Positions 50,433-63,699 of a DNA stretch of 64,000 nucleotides are shown here, in pieces (the stretch's first letter is position 1; each line of letters begins with the position of its first letter). The position numbers were made by a program, and so were the translations under genes. The stretch spans positions 1 through 64,000 of the forward strand of contig NIVC01001500.1 in NCBI GenBank assembly GCA_002269645.1. The letters run 5' to 3'. Source of the stretch: Macrostomum lignano. Its lineage: Eukaryota. The notes beneath the pieces were generated by a model that was not told the DNA's origin, did not search any database, and saw nothing but the letters and a program-made list of their open reading frames with translations.

Positions 50433-51078
50433 GTTACATACTGCATGAGAAGTCTGTTTATACGCGGCGCAATAACAGCGGCAATGAGTCATTCAGGCCT
50501 CCGGCCTCAGCGATAGAGAATCGCCAATTCCCCAGCTCGTGACAGCTCTTATAATGTACGATCGCCAGCAACAGCTGTGTGAGCTCGCTGCTCTACATAT
50601 TGTGACTATATGAGTAGCAGAGTAGCGATATGGAAAATTGCACAAGGGTGAGAAAGGGTGGGAAAATTAGTTGAGAGTCGAGTTGGAGAGTGACAGAGGG
50701 AGCTGCTAGTGCTATAAGGCTGAATTGGCTACATACAGACCTGATATTATACGTACTTTACTTTATTGCCTATGGCTTATGCTCATAGTTAATTATACAA
50801 GACACGCGGAGAAACCTATATAGTGTATATACAACCTAATATAATTCTATTACTAGTGCTCAATTGATGCGCCTCAGACTTTTCCCAATACAATTTACAT
50901 ATTCGTTATATCAGTTACTTGCTACACCTCGCGTTGTGCGTTTGATGAATGGGACATGTGATATAAGAAAAAAGCGAAGATTCTAGAACAATAAAGCGTT
51001 TTCTTGGATTGATTTATGAACTGTTGGTTTCTGGACTAGAAGCCAAATCTGTTGAGTACCTACAGTTTGGTTAGAGTT

Positions 51079-51226
51079 CCTGAGTGACTCAGAGAAGACT
51101 TCTGAGTGACTCAGAGAAGACTCCTGAGTGACTCAGAGAAGACTCCTAAGTGACTCAGAGAGGACCCCTAAGTGACTCAGAGAAGACTCCTGAGTGACTC
51201 AGAAAAGACTTCTAAGTGACTCAGGC
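51079..51226. repeat. 22-24-bp tandem repeat with palindromic CTGAGTGACTCAG core (7 TGACTCA motifs)
   Basis: Directly visible. Confidence 0.88.
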
Positions 51227-51325
51227 TCTGTGAAAACGGCAGTAATCAGATCAGTTCCAGAATAACCAAAGGAAAAACAATTAGCCATCATAGTACCAGA
51301 GATTGCTTAATCATTAAACTGCCAG

Positions 51326-51722
51326 GGGTGGGTTTCACAAACGCGAAATTTCACAACCGCTAAATCACCTACTTTCATAAGCGCTAAGTTTCATAAACGC
51401 GAAACTTCACAACCGCTAAATTTTTTCCAGTCACTTTCACAACCGCGAAACTTCATAACCGCGAAACTTCACAACCGCTAAAATTTTTGCACTTACTTTC
51501 ATATACAACAGTCTTTTAGCGGTTGTGAAGTTTCGCGGTTATGAAGTTTCGCGGTTGTGAAAGTAGATGACATTTAGCGGTTGTGAAGTTTCGCGTTTGT
51601 GAAGTCTAGCGCTTATGAAAGTAGGTGATTTAGCGGTTGTGAAGCTGATCGCGGTTATGAAGTTTCGCGTTTATGAAAGGTGATTTAGCGGTTGTGAAAT
51701 TTCGCGTTTGTTAAAGCAACCC
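51326..51722. mobile_element. 397-bp foldback MITE with long modular inverted arms
   Basis: Left arm of TTTCACAACCGC(G/T)AA modules and right arm of their reverse complements. Ends GGGTGGGTTTCACAAACG / CGTTTGTTAAAGCAACCC. 8-bp TSD ACTGCCAG (51318-51325, 51723-51730). Confidence 0.88.
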
Positions 51723-53699
51723 ACTGCCAGGACCCCTTCAGAGACTCCAAGAACAAGCATCTACATCTATATACATATAGTTCGTTTTTAGCACAACATG
51801 CAAATCGTGCAATAAATTTTCAATTGAGAATCCATCCATAAACAGCATTGTTAGCTAGCATTGAGCATGGCGGGTCTAACCTACCCGAGAAAGGAATTCT
51901 GCGGCAACAGACGCTGAAACCTCACAAATCAAGCTGAAACAAAGGACAGAATAATAACATCAGAAAAGATGCTTTAAAGATGCTTTCACAACCCCGATGC
52001 GGATGAGTCTGCGTCCATGATTTGGAGAATCATTTGGATAATGTTGCATTGTAATGAAGCCCAATCTGTGTGTTGTTGGACGTTGCGGATTTTTCTTGGT
52101 CTGCAGATCACTTTGCCATGCATGTCTTACAGGTGAAGTCATAATACAATTCCTTTGACACAAACAGATTCTGGCAGGCGTCTAATACTATAAGAAACCT
52201 GCAAATTTCTTTGTGGGCAACGGAAAGAGAGCAGATTTGGCTAAAAAAACAATCCAAATCAATATGTTTTTGTCGTTCATGATTTGTGATCTCTTTCTCT
52301 CATACCGTGGTGAAAAATTGACTCTCTCGTATGTTCAAACGATGCACTTAACCAATTCAATGGTTACACTGAGTTCATTGGATTCCAGGCACGAACTGAC
52401 TCCTGCAGCTTAAGCATACATGTAAGTCTGTATAGTTAAGCTACGCTTGTCAATCAAGCTAAAATTAGAAATTTCGAACTAAAAGCAGATTTCTTAAAAC
52501 TTCTAAAAGGAAGCAAGCACGTTTAATTGTTTGATTTGACATTTTTCTTTGAGAGCTTGACAGCTTAGCAAAGAGCTAACAAAGCAGGGCAACAGTGCTG
52601 TAGGTCCCGCTCGCAGGACGTGTCAGTAGGCATTAGTAGCATTAGTCCCTCGACAATGGACGCGCACCATGCACCAACATTTACTTTGCCTGTCGTTTGT
52701 GTATTTCTGCACGGAAAAAGTAACTTTTCTCTTTCAGAAAATTGAGTTGGGAATTTCTTCAGCTCACCCACACCGCGGCCACACCGCGCCCACAGGCTAC
52801 ACCCAGCTACCTGTCTTTTAATCGCTCAAATTACCGGGGTAAGTTCGAATCGAATTAGTGGGCGTATGGCAACTCATGTCAATCATTGAATAAATCGAAT
52901 CTTTATTTTCTACAAATGTCAACTTTAATGGTACACTCTCTTTCCTCCGGCGCCTGTTACAATGAGTCTTGTAGCTTTGACTAATTGTAATTGTGACCCC
53001 CCCCTCCCAGATGGATACCAGCTACTAGGCATATAATTGCTTCAACTCAACAGCAGCAACATATAGAAAGATAGAAATAGAGGCCGACGACAGAAAGCAA
53101 ACTTTCACTCAGAGCGTGCTGAGCTGAGCTAAACAGAGCTCGCACCCCACGTTTCACACACCCTTTTTCTCCGCGATTTCTTCACGAAGTCAAACCCTCG
53201 GAGTTCGGAGTTTTGAGAGAAAAAGGAAAAGCTAAGCTACAATTGTATATATATTCCAACTAGCAGAAACAAAGGCGGAGAGCGAGGGCAGAGTCAGTGC
53301 TCGTGCATATGAAAACAAACCAAAGAAATGTACGGGGCGGCAACGGGGAGAGTCTAGCTTAGCCGGTTACTGTGGTTGTGGTAGTGTAAAACTAAAACTG
53401 CATAGGAACAGGGAGGTCCGTCCGTCCGCCCGTCCCCTGAACGACCCCACCCCCTCTCCCCAGGAAAGGGAAAAGGCTCACGGCTTGTTGAGCTTTGCTC
53501 GCGAGTGTTGTGTGTGTCATGTGTGAGTTCTCCATATGACTCTGCCGGTTTTTAGTCGGGGCTTTCGGTTGGCCTCGTTGGGGACTTGGGGTTGCTTTAG
53601 CCTCAATAATTGCCTGAACTGAACCTCCGCTCAACATGTATTAAGCCCTATATGGCTTGCCTACTTTACTGCCCTATAGTATCGTTTCAGGCGGAACTG

Positions 53700-54530
53700 A
53701 GGGCGCCAAATCGCCAATCCCCGTCCCGCCCCCCCCTCTTCGGACCAGCCACCCCAAGCCAGGACCGCACCAACCCCTTCTCGCTATAGCGCGCACAGCG
53801 TGCATGGTGCTGGCTGCTATCTGGACGCATAGCCAAGTATAATGCTGTCGTGCAATTCAGTCGAAATCAGCAGCTCCCCTCAACACCAGCCCCCACCCCC
53901 CTCTAGAACACCAAGGGTCCACACTTATATAACGCGCAATAAGAGCGCTTTACTCCCTCTCTCTCCCTCTCTCAGTCCCTCGATCTCTGGGGAGAACCTT
54001 TCTTTGGACCTTAAAACTAAAACCGTTTTAAACCCTTTGCCACGCGGCCCGGGGCAGCACAACGCGACACGAATTGTGGGGGGCTGCATGGGCGCTCTGC
54101 CCACACAACCAACCGACCCCCCCCCCTTACTCCAGTCCAGTTCAGGCCTTCCCTCTACCCCCAACCCCCTATTTTCAGCTTTCGTCGTTTCTGCTTCGAT
54201 CAGCCCACCCCAACTCCGCTCGGTCCCCCAGTTTAAAGACAAACGCGCCGTCTTGTCCCCCGCCCCCTTCTGCCTCCTCCCCTGAACCGCATACTTATAG
54301 ATACAGTAGCTTTTCCTTCGCAAGAATGCAAGAAAAAGCCGCCCATGCATATTCCAAGGCTTTTCGATCCTCTTGAATCAAAGTAAGCCAGCTAGCAAAG
54401 GGTTTTTTAAGCCTTGGTTGGCATAAGAGCGCTTCGCTTGTTTCGTCTATCGTCTGGCCCTGACTGTCCACCCCCTGCTTCGCTCTGGCGTCTATAAGCT
54501 CCCAGGGTTGGATAAGCTGGTGCTTACACA
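53700..54530 (-). mobile_element. Possible LTR-like segment
   Basis: Minus strand starts TGTAAGCACC at ~54528, has TATATAAG at ~53930 and PBS-like TGGCGCCC at ~53708. No CA end or TSD was confirmed. Confidence 0.2.
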
Positions 54531-55845
54531 ACTATTGGGAATTGACTATAAGAACAAGATTTGGCTTTATAATAAAAATTCCATTAAGAGAGTCAGGGGG
54601 GCTGTCTTCTGCAGCAGCTCATGCTGCATGCATGCATCTCGTGGTGAAGTTGCTGAAGTTTGCCTTTTCTTCTGACAGAATTACTATCCCAAAGAAAGTT
54701 CTGTTGGTTTTACCCAAATAAATATAAACGGTAAGTCTTCAAGTTTCTGTAGTTAATTATTTTGTATTACAGTTAACTTCATACAATTATAGTCCTCTTT
54801 TGTATCGCACACGAGTCTCTGCCTTAACACTCTTTCATCCGATTTGAATTATTGCCTTGGCAAGGAAATAAAAATTGATTCATTTTTTAAAATCAATTTT
54901 CTGTCAAAAGTAAAATTGGACGGAGGACTGTTAAGGGCGAGCTGTGCGCTGGTCGACTGTCTGAAACGTAACTCGCGGTAACCCCCATGAGTTTATCGAA
55001 GTATTTTGCTATTTGTTTTACTGGTTTTGTTTATTGTTAATGAAAGAAGCACTTTTTCCTAAAAGTATTATTGAGCTTCAAATGAATTTCAATTAAAAAA
55101 TGTATCTGTAATCTGATGTATTATTGATTTGTCTTTTTTGCTTATAAAGGACTGTTCAGAGGAAATTGACTTTAAAACAAAATCGGCGCCTATTTAAATA
55201 TTTAAGTGACAATTGGGTCTTTTGTAGAGTGAATAAAAAATGAAGTCTGTTTGTTATGCTGCAGCTTTGATTCGCATATTAACAAAACTCTGCATGAAGC
55301 TTACTGCGCTGCATGCATGAAGGTCAAGAACCAAAACATTCGGAATAGGAATGATTCACATTAGTGTACAGTGTACAGAGCCCCCCAACGGTTTGTTACA
55401 GTTAACGCCGCAGTTCGTGTTTAATCGCTAAAAATATAAACATACAGTTTAGCCAGGTTGATAAGACGAAAAACCCGTGTTTGCATGGCCAAATTCAATT
55501 GCACTGCCTGGTATACTGCTCTGCGAACTGCATGGGAATGACGCCAGCCTTAGTAAAATATTCTAGCTCTTTTCGATTTGATAAATTTGAGCCAATTTCC
55601 GAATTTCGAGTGCTATTTTTGTGCTATAGCTACGACTTAGAGCGTACATGTACTTAAATTATTTGAAAGTGAAACGACTTGAAATTTTTTATGAAACAAA
55701 CTCGGCTTAGGTCTGAATACAGAAGCTGAAATTGTTTTTTATGTATATGCCGTTTCAACTTGTAGTTTATTTATTCACATATTAAACTCTTCACTACTGC
55801 TGTGACTTGTGCTGTTCAAAAACTCGCATTGGAAGAGATTGAGTT

Positions 55846-58800
55846 TAGCGCCGATTAAACACTCTCTCAGACAGAGTTTAGCCCCGATTAAACACTCTCT
55901 CAGACGAGAGTTTAGCGCCGATTAAACACTCTCTCAGACGAGAGTTTAGCGCCGATTAAACACTCTCTCAGACAGAGTTTAGCGCCGATTAAACACTCTC
56001 TCAGACGAGAGTTTAGCGCCGATTAAACACACTCTCAGGCGAGAGTTCAGCGCCGATTAAACACTCTCTCAGACGAGAGTTTAGCGCCGATTAAACACTC
56101 TCTCAGACAGAGTTTAGCGCCGATTAAACACTCTCTCAGACGAGAGTTTAGCGCCGATTAAACACTCTCTCAGACGAGAGTTTAGCGCCGATTAAACACT
56201 CTCTCAGACAGAGTTTAGCGCCGATTAAACACTCTCTCAGACAGAGTTTAGCGCCGATTAAACACTCTCTCAGACGAGAGTTTAGCGCCGATTAAACACT
56301 CTCTCAGACGAGAGTTTAGCGCCGATTAAACACTCTCTCAGACAGAGTTTAGCGCCGATTAAACACTCTCTCAGACGAGAGTTTAGCGCCGATTAAACAC
56401 ACTCTCAGACGAGAGTTTAGCGCCGATTAAACACTCTCTCAGACGAGAGTTTAGCGCCGATTAAACACTCTCTCAGACGAGAGTTTAGCGCCGATTAAAC
56501 ACTCTCAGACGAGAGTTTAGCGCCGATTAAACACTCTCTCAGACGAGAGTTTAGCGCCGATTAAACACTCTCTCAGACAGAGTTTAGCGCCGATTAAACA
56601 CACTCTCAGACGAGAGTTCAGCGCCGATTAAACACTCTCTCAGACGAGAGTTTAGCGCCGATTAAACACTCTCTCAGACGAGAGTTTAGCGCCGATTAAA
56701 CACACTCTCAGACGAGAGTTTAGCGCCGATTAAACACACTCTCAGACGAGAGTTTAGCACCGATTAAACACACTCTCAGGCGAGAGTTCAGCGCCGATTA
56801 AACACACTCTCAGACGAGAGTTTAGCGCCGATTAAACACTCTCAGACGAGAGTTTAGCGCCGATTAAACACACTCTCAGGCGAGAGTTCAGCGCCGATTA
56901 AACACACTCTCAGACGAGAGTTTAGCACCGATTAAACACACTCTCAGGCGAGAGTTCAGCGCCGATTAAACACACTCTCAGACGAGAGTTTAGCGCCGAT
57001 TAAACACTCTCAGACAAGAGTTTAGCGCCGATTAAACACACTCTCAGGCGAGAGTTCAGCGCCGATTAAACACACTCTCAGACGAGAGTTTAGCGCCGAT
57101 TAAACACTCTCAGACGAGAGTTTAGCGCCGATTAAACACACTCTCAGACGAGAGTTTAGCGCCGATTAAACACTCTCTCAGACGAGAGTTTAGCGCCGAT
57201 TAAACACTCTCTCGGGCGAGAGTTTAGCACCGATTAAACACACTCTCAGGCGAGAGTTCAGCGCCGATTAAACACACTCTCAGACGAGAGTTTAGCGCCG
57301 ATTAAACACTCTCAGACGAGAGTTTAGCGCCGATTAAACACACTCTCAGGCGAGAGTTCAGCGCCGATTAAACACACTCTCAGACGAGAGTTTAGCGCCG
57401 ATTAAACACACTCTCAGACGAGAGTTTAGCGCCGATTAAACACTCTCTCAGACAGAGTTTAGCGCCGATTAAACACACTCTCAGACGAGAGTTTAGCGCC
57501 GATTAAACACTCTCAGACGAGTGTTTAGCGCCGATTAAACACACTCTCAGACGAGAGTTTAGCGCCGATTAAACACTCTCAGACGAGAGTTTAGCGCCGA
57601 TTAAAACACTCTCAGACGAGAGTTTAGCGCCGATTAAACACACTCTCAGACGAGAGTTTAGCGCCGATTAAACACTCTCTCAGACGAGAGTTTAGCGCCG
57701 ATTAAACACTCTCTCGGGCGAGAGTTTAGCACCGATTAAACACACTCTCAGGCGAGAGTTCAGCGCCGATTAAACACACTCTCAGACGAGAGTTTAGCGC
57801 CGATTAAACACTCTCAGACGAGAGTTTAGCGCCGATTAAACACTCTCAGACGAGAGTTTAGCGCCGATTAAACACACTCTCAGCGAGAGTTCAGCGCCGA
57901 TTAAACACACTCTCAGACGAGAGTTTAGCGCCGATTAAACACACTCTCAGACGAGAGTTTAGCGCCGATTAAACACACTCTCAGGCGAGAGTTCAGCGCC
58001 GATTAAACACACTCTCAGACGAGAGTTTAGCGCCGATTAAACACACTCTCAGACGAGAGTTTAGCGCCGATTAAACACTCTCAGACGAGAGTTTAGCGCC
58101 GATTAAACACACTCTCAGGCGAGAGTTCAGCGCCGATTAAACACACTCTCAGACGAGAGTTTAGCGCCGATTAAACACTCTCAGACGAGAGTTTAGCGCC
58201 GATTAAACACACTCTCAGACGAGAGTTTAGCGCCGATTAAACACTCTCTCAGACAGAGTTTAGCGCCGATTAAACACACTCTCAGACGAGAGTTTAGCGC
58301 CGATTAAACACTCTCTCAGACGAGAGTTTAGCGCCGATTAAACACTCTCTCAGACAGAGTTTAGCGCCGATTAAACACACTCTCAGACGAGAGTTCAGCG
58401 CCGATTAAAACACTCTCAGACGAGAGTTTAGCGCCGATTAAACACACTCTCAGACGAGAGTTTAGCGCCGATTAAACACTCTCTCAGACGAGAGTTTAGC
58501 GCCGATTAAACACTCTCTCGGGCGAGAGTTTAGCACCGATTAAACACACTCTCAGGCGAGAGTTCAGCGCCGATTAAACACACTCTCAGACGAGAGTTTA
58601 GCGCCGATTAAACACTCTCAGACGAGAGTTTAGCGCCGATTAAACACTCTCAGACGAGAGTTTAGCGCCGATTAAACACACTCTCAGGCGAGAGTTCAGC
58701 GCCGATTAAACACACTCTCAGACGAGAGTTTAGCGCCGATTAAACACACTCTCAGACGAGAGTTTAGCGCCGATTAAACACACTCTCAGGCGAGAGTTCA

Positions 58801-60845
58801 GCGCCGATTAAACACACTCTCAGACGAGAGTTTAGCGCCGATTAAACACACTCTCAGACGAGAGTTTAGCGCCGATTAAACACTCTCAGACAGAGTTTAG
58901 CGCCGATTAAACACACTCTCAGGCGAGAGTTCAGCGCCGATTAAACACACTCTCAGACGAGAGTTTAGCGCCGATTAAACACTCTCAGACGAGAGTTTAG
59001 CGCCGATTAAACACACTCTCAGGCGAGAGTTCAGCGCCGATTAAACACACTCTCAGACGAGAGTTTAGCGCCGATTAAACACACTCTCAGACGAGAGTTT
59101 AGCGCCGATTAAACACTCTCAGACGAGAGTTTAGCGCCGATTAAACACACTCTCAGGCGAGAGTTCAGCGCCGATTAAACACACTCTCAGACGAGAGTTT
59201 AGCGCCGATTAAACACACTCTCAGACGAGAGTTTAGCGCCGATTAAACACTCTCAGACGAGAGTTTAGCGCCGATTAAACACACTCTCAGGCGAGAGTTC
59301 AGCGCCGATTAAACACACTCTCAGACGAGAGTTTAGCGCCGATTAAACACACTCTCAGGCGAGAGTTCAGCGCCGATTAAACACACTCTCAGACGAGAGT
59401 TTAGCGCCGATTAAACACACTCTCAGGCGAGAGTTCAGCGCCGATTAAACACACTCTCAGACGAGAGTTTAGCGCCGATTAAACACACTCTCAGACGAGA
59501 GTTTAGCGCCGATTAAACACACTCTCAGACGAGAGTTTAGCGCCGATTAAAACACTCTCAGACGAGAGTTTAGCGCCGATTAAAACACTCTCAGACGAGA
59601 GTTTAGCGCCGATTAAACACACTCTCAGACGAGAGTTTAGCACCGATTAAACACACTCTCAGGCGAGAGTTTAGCGCCGATTAAACACTCTCAGGCGAGA
59701 CTTTAGCGCCGATTAAACACACTCTCAGGCGAGACTTTAGCTTTAGCGCCGATTAAACACACTCTCAGGCTAGAGTTTAGCGCCAATTAAACACACTCTC
59801 AGGTGAGACTTTAGCTTTAGCGCCGATTAAACACACTCTCAGGTGAGACTTTAGCTTTAGCGCCGATTAAACACACTCTCAGGCGAGAGTTTAGCGCTAA
59901 TTAAACACACTCTCAGGCGAGAGTTTAGCGCTAATTAAACACACTCTCAGACGAGAGTTTAGCACCGATTAAACACTCTCAGGCGAGACTTTAGCGCCGA
60001 TTAAACACTCTCTCAGGCGAGACTTTAGCGCCGATTAAACACACTCTCAGGCGAGACTTTAGCTTTAGCGCCGATTAAACACACTCTCAGGCTAGAGTTT
60101 AGCGCCAATTAAACACACTCTCAGGTGAGACTTTAGCTTTAGCGCCGATTAAACACACTCTCAGGTGAGACTTTAGCTTTAGCGCCGATTAAACACACTC
60201 TCAGGCGAGAGTTTAGCGCTAATTAAACACACTCTCAGACGAGAGTTTAGCACCGATTAAACACTCTCAGGCGAGACTTTAGCGCCGATTAAACACACTC
60301 TCAGGCGAGACTTTAGCTTTAGCGCCGATTAAACACACTCTCAGACGAGAGTTTAGCACCGATTAAACACACTCTCAGGTGAGACTTTAGCTTTAGCGCC
60401 GATTAAACACACTCTCAGGTGAGACTTTAGCTTTAGCGCCGATTAAACACACTCTCAGGCGAGAGTTTAGCGCTAATTAAACACACTCTCAGACGAGAGT
60501 TTAGCACCGATTAAACACTCTCAGGCGAGACTTTAGCGCCGATTAAACACACTCTCAGGCGAGACTTTAGCTTTAGCGCCGATTAAACACACTCTCAGAC
60601 GAGAGTTTAGCACCGATTAAACACACTCTCAGGTGAGACTTTAGCTTTAGCGCCGATTAAACACACTCTCAGGCGAGAGTTTAGCGCTAATTAAACACAC
60701 TCTCAGACGAGAGTTTAGCACCGATTAAACACTCTCAGGCGAGACTTTAGCGCCGATTAAACACACTCTCAGGCGAGACTTTAGCTTTAGCGCCGATTAA
60801 ACACTCTCTCAGGCGAAAATTTAGCGCGGAATTAACACTCTCTCA
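55846..60845. repeat. ~5-kb satellite, 32-34-bp unit GAGAGTTTAGCGCCGATTAAACACACTCTCAGAC, ~148 copies
   Basis: Directly visible. The unit contains an inverted pair AAAC(AC)TCTC / GAGAGTTT. Confidence 0.97.
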
Positions 60846-61129
60846 TTGGGACTTAAAAGGTTAAAATTAATTTGAATACGTAATTAGAGATGCAGATCCA
60901 AGAAATTATCACTAAAATATTCTAACTTTGCTACTGAGACTTAATGGGCAGTAGGATGTTGACAAACAATTATATATCATCAATGTGGCTAAAAACGTGA
61001 TTTTCAATAGCATTTGATTTCACAAATCGCAAGGAACTATGTTTCACATCGCCTAAAAGATTTAACCATCCAGTATCAACAAACACCTCGAAACCTTTAC
61101 AAGACATGATATTGATGAGATTAATGATA

Positions 61130-61312
61130 TTAGTGACATTGGGGTGATTTTGGTGATATTGGTGTGATTTTGGTGACATTTGGGTGATTTTGGTGACATT
61201 GGGTGAGATATTAGTGGCATTGGGTGAGATATTGGTGACATTGGGGTGAGATATTGGTAACATTGGGGTGAGATATTGGTGACATTGAGGTGAGATATGG
61301 TGACATTGGGTG
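61130..61312. repeat. ~21-22-bp minisatellite (GTGACATTGGGGTGAGATATTG)n
   Basis: Directly visible, ~8 copies. Confidence 0.82.
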
Positions 61313-61651
61313 AGTTTGGTAGTCTACATGCATTACATATCTATACAAGGAGTTCCATGATGTTACTATACACATGTAGATTAGATCACTTGTGACCGTG
61401 GATTGGAGCAGACTCAAAGAAAGCAGCTCGCTATCAAGCTCGTTCATCACTCCCCACCTCCGCACAAATTGCCGGAATCCTATTGGCTGGCTGACCCGCG
61501 ACTCAAGCATAGCCAACCCCACAGGTCCCGGTCTCCCTGCTCCCAATTTTTCCAGCGATCTTATAAACGAATTTAAGTCGAGAATTTTTACTTCTGAACT
61601 TCCCTAAACTACAGTACAAGAGGAAAGTTAACTGCACAGCTAAACTGAAGC

Positions 61652-62705
61652 ATGGATTGCAGCGATGAGGCGGACAATGATGTCGATAAATCAACGACTA
61701 AACTACAGGGAAGATCTACCGTGAGGCTGCTTCAGCTGCCAGGCCAGTCAAAATTGCGGAGTCGATCTCCAGGTGAAGTAACGTATGAATCATTGTCTGT
61801 GTAACCTGTAGTAGTTTTAATTAGAATAGCAGCCTCGCAACTGTACAATTATGGTTTTATTGCCTATAGCCTCGCACCTGTACAATTGTGGTTTTATTGC
61901 CTATAGCCTCGCACCTGTACAATTGTGGTTTTATTGCCTATAGCCTCACACCTGTACAATTATAGTTTTAGTGCCTGGCCTCACACCTGTACAATTATAG
62001 TTTTATTGCCTATAGCCTCGCACCTGTACAAATATAGTTTTATTGCCTAGCCTCACACCTGTACAATTATAATTTTATTGCCTATAGCCTCACACCTGTA
62101 CAATTATAGTTTTATTGCCTATAGCCTCACACCTGTACAATTATAGTTTTATTGCCTATAGCCTCGCACCTGTACAATTATAGTTTTATTGCCTATAGCC
62201 TCGCACCTGTACAATTATTGTTTTATTGCCTAGCCTCACACCTGTACAATTATAGTTTTATTGCCTATAGCCTCACACCTGTACAATTATAGTTTTATTG
62301 CCTAGCCTAGTTCACACCTGTAAACTGTATGATTATCGTTTTTTTATCACACATCGTCTATTACTATTATGGAATTTCAACCGGTTCTCCTGTACCATGC
62401 ACACACAAAAACAGCCGAAACCACTGGGCCTCCGGTAAAAAGGCAACAGCAGTCGTCGCTGCAGCCGCAGGAGCAGGGCCAGCATCAAGAGGCTCAATGC
62501 CTCGTGTGTGGCGACCGAGCCTCCGGCAAGCACTACGGGGTGCTGAGCTGCGATGGATGTCGCGGTTTCTTTAAACGCTCCGTCCGCCGCAGTCTGGAGT
62601 ACGTTTGCAAAGAGTCCGGCGACTGCCCCGTGGATGTTGCTAGGCGGAACCAGTGCCAGGCCTGCAGGTACCGGAAGTGCCTCATGGTCAGAATGAATAG
62701 GGACG
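61652..62705 (+). CDS. Nuclear receptor of the NR2E group (PNR-like/NR2E6-type DBD), 5' part; ligand-binding domain not in window
   Basis: [69 protein letters not shown], with donor GTAAGT at 62706. Candidate exon 1 61652-61772 (MDCSDEAD..., phase 1) splices to the acceptor before 62415; alternatively the CDS starts at ATG 62369. Confidence 0.88.
61838..62320. repeat. 37-bp minisatellite (GCCTCGCACCTGTACAATTATAGTTTTATTGCCTATA)n, ~13 copies
   Basis: Period 37. It lies in the putative first intron of the nuclear receptor gene. Confidence 0.92.
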
Positions 62706-62799
62706 GTAAGTTAAATTGAAGTTCAGTTTAGGAGCTACTAATGAGGTTCGAGTCTGCATCATTGCAGGGCCGCTGGGGACACCACTAAATTGACCACTC

Positions 62800-63200
62800 G
62801 GAGATAATAGGGAATCGTATAGAGGATCATTAGGGGATCTTAGAGTAGAAGAGATCATTGAGATAATAGGGGATCATACAGGAGGATCACATAGAAGATC
62901 ATTGGGGATCATTGGGGATCATTGGGGATCATTGGGGATCATTGGGGATCATAGAGATCATAGGGGTTTATATCTCCTATCTCCTATATTATCCCCCATA
63001 GGGGTTTATAGGGGATCATAGGGGATTATTGTAGATCTAAGAGGATCATAGAAAAAAATAGGGGATCATAGGGATCATGAAGGATCATAGGGATGACGAA
63101 GGATAATAGGGGATCATTAGGTATTATATAGATCATAGGAGATCATAGGGGATCATTGGGGATCATAGAGTATCATAGGGATCATAGGGATCATAGAGCC
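62800..63200. repeat. Degenerate (GGGGATCATA/T)n low-complexity repeat
   Basis: Directly visible. Confidence 0.8.
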
Positions 63201-63699
63201 AAACGATTTAACGGGCCATACTGGATTAATAAGTTATTATACTAGGATCGATATCTGCCCAATTCTTCATCTCTAGAAGAATTTCAAAATCTAGAATTGC
63301 CGAAAGAGCAAAGAGGTGGAGTGATTGCTAAACTGAAAATTCGAAGACCCATGCAGGGGCCGGGCCGATCTCACTAAACTGCCTTCTTGTTCTTTATCTC
63401 TCTCCCCCATACACAACCCCCCCCCCCAGCATAGCCTTGAATTGCTCAGAGATCCCCGAACTTGTGTCGCATTCCATGCCTTTTCATACAGCTAGCTAAG
63501 CAATATTTGTATTATACCTAGCCGTGATTTCTGGAACATACTGAAATCTGAAGTCTTGAGCCATAGCGGACCAGGTGGCTACTTTCACGGTGCAGCTCTG
63601 CTTATCAATCGAATAGCGTTCAAAGATCTTTCGCGGAGAGTTGAAGAAGCAGACTTGTTTAGGAGTTTTGTGATCTACTAACTAGAATTTTTGTACACA

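Noticed and set aside
55846-60845. CRISPR array (palindromic ~33-bp repeats)
   Set aside because: Units are directly adjacent with no unique spacers, there are no cas genes, and the context is eukaryotic.
54820-60870. piggyBac-like element enclosing the 5-kb satellite (TTAAC... / ...AAGGTTAA)
   Set aside because: The candidate ends are not convincing inverted repeats of each other.
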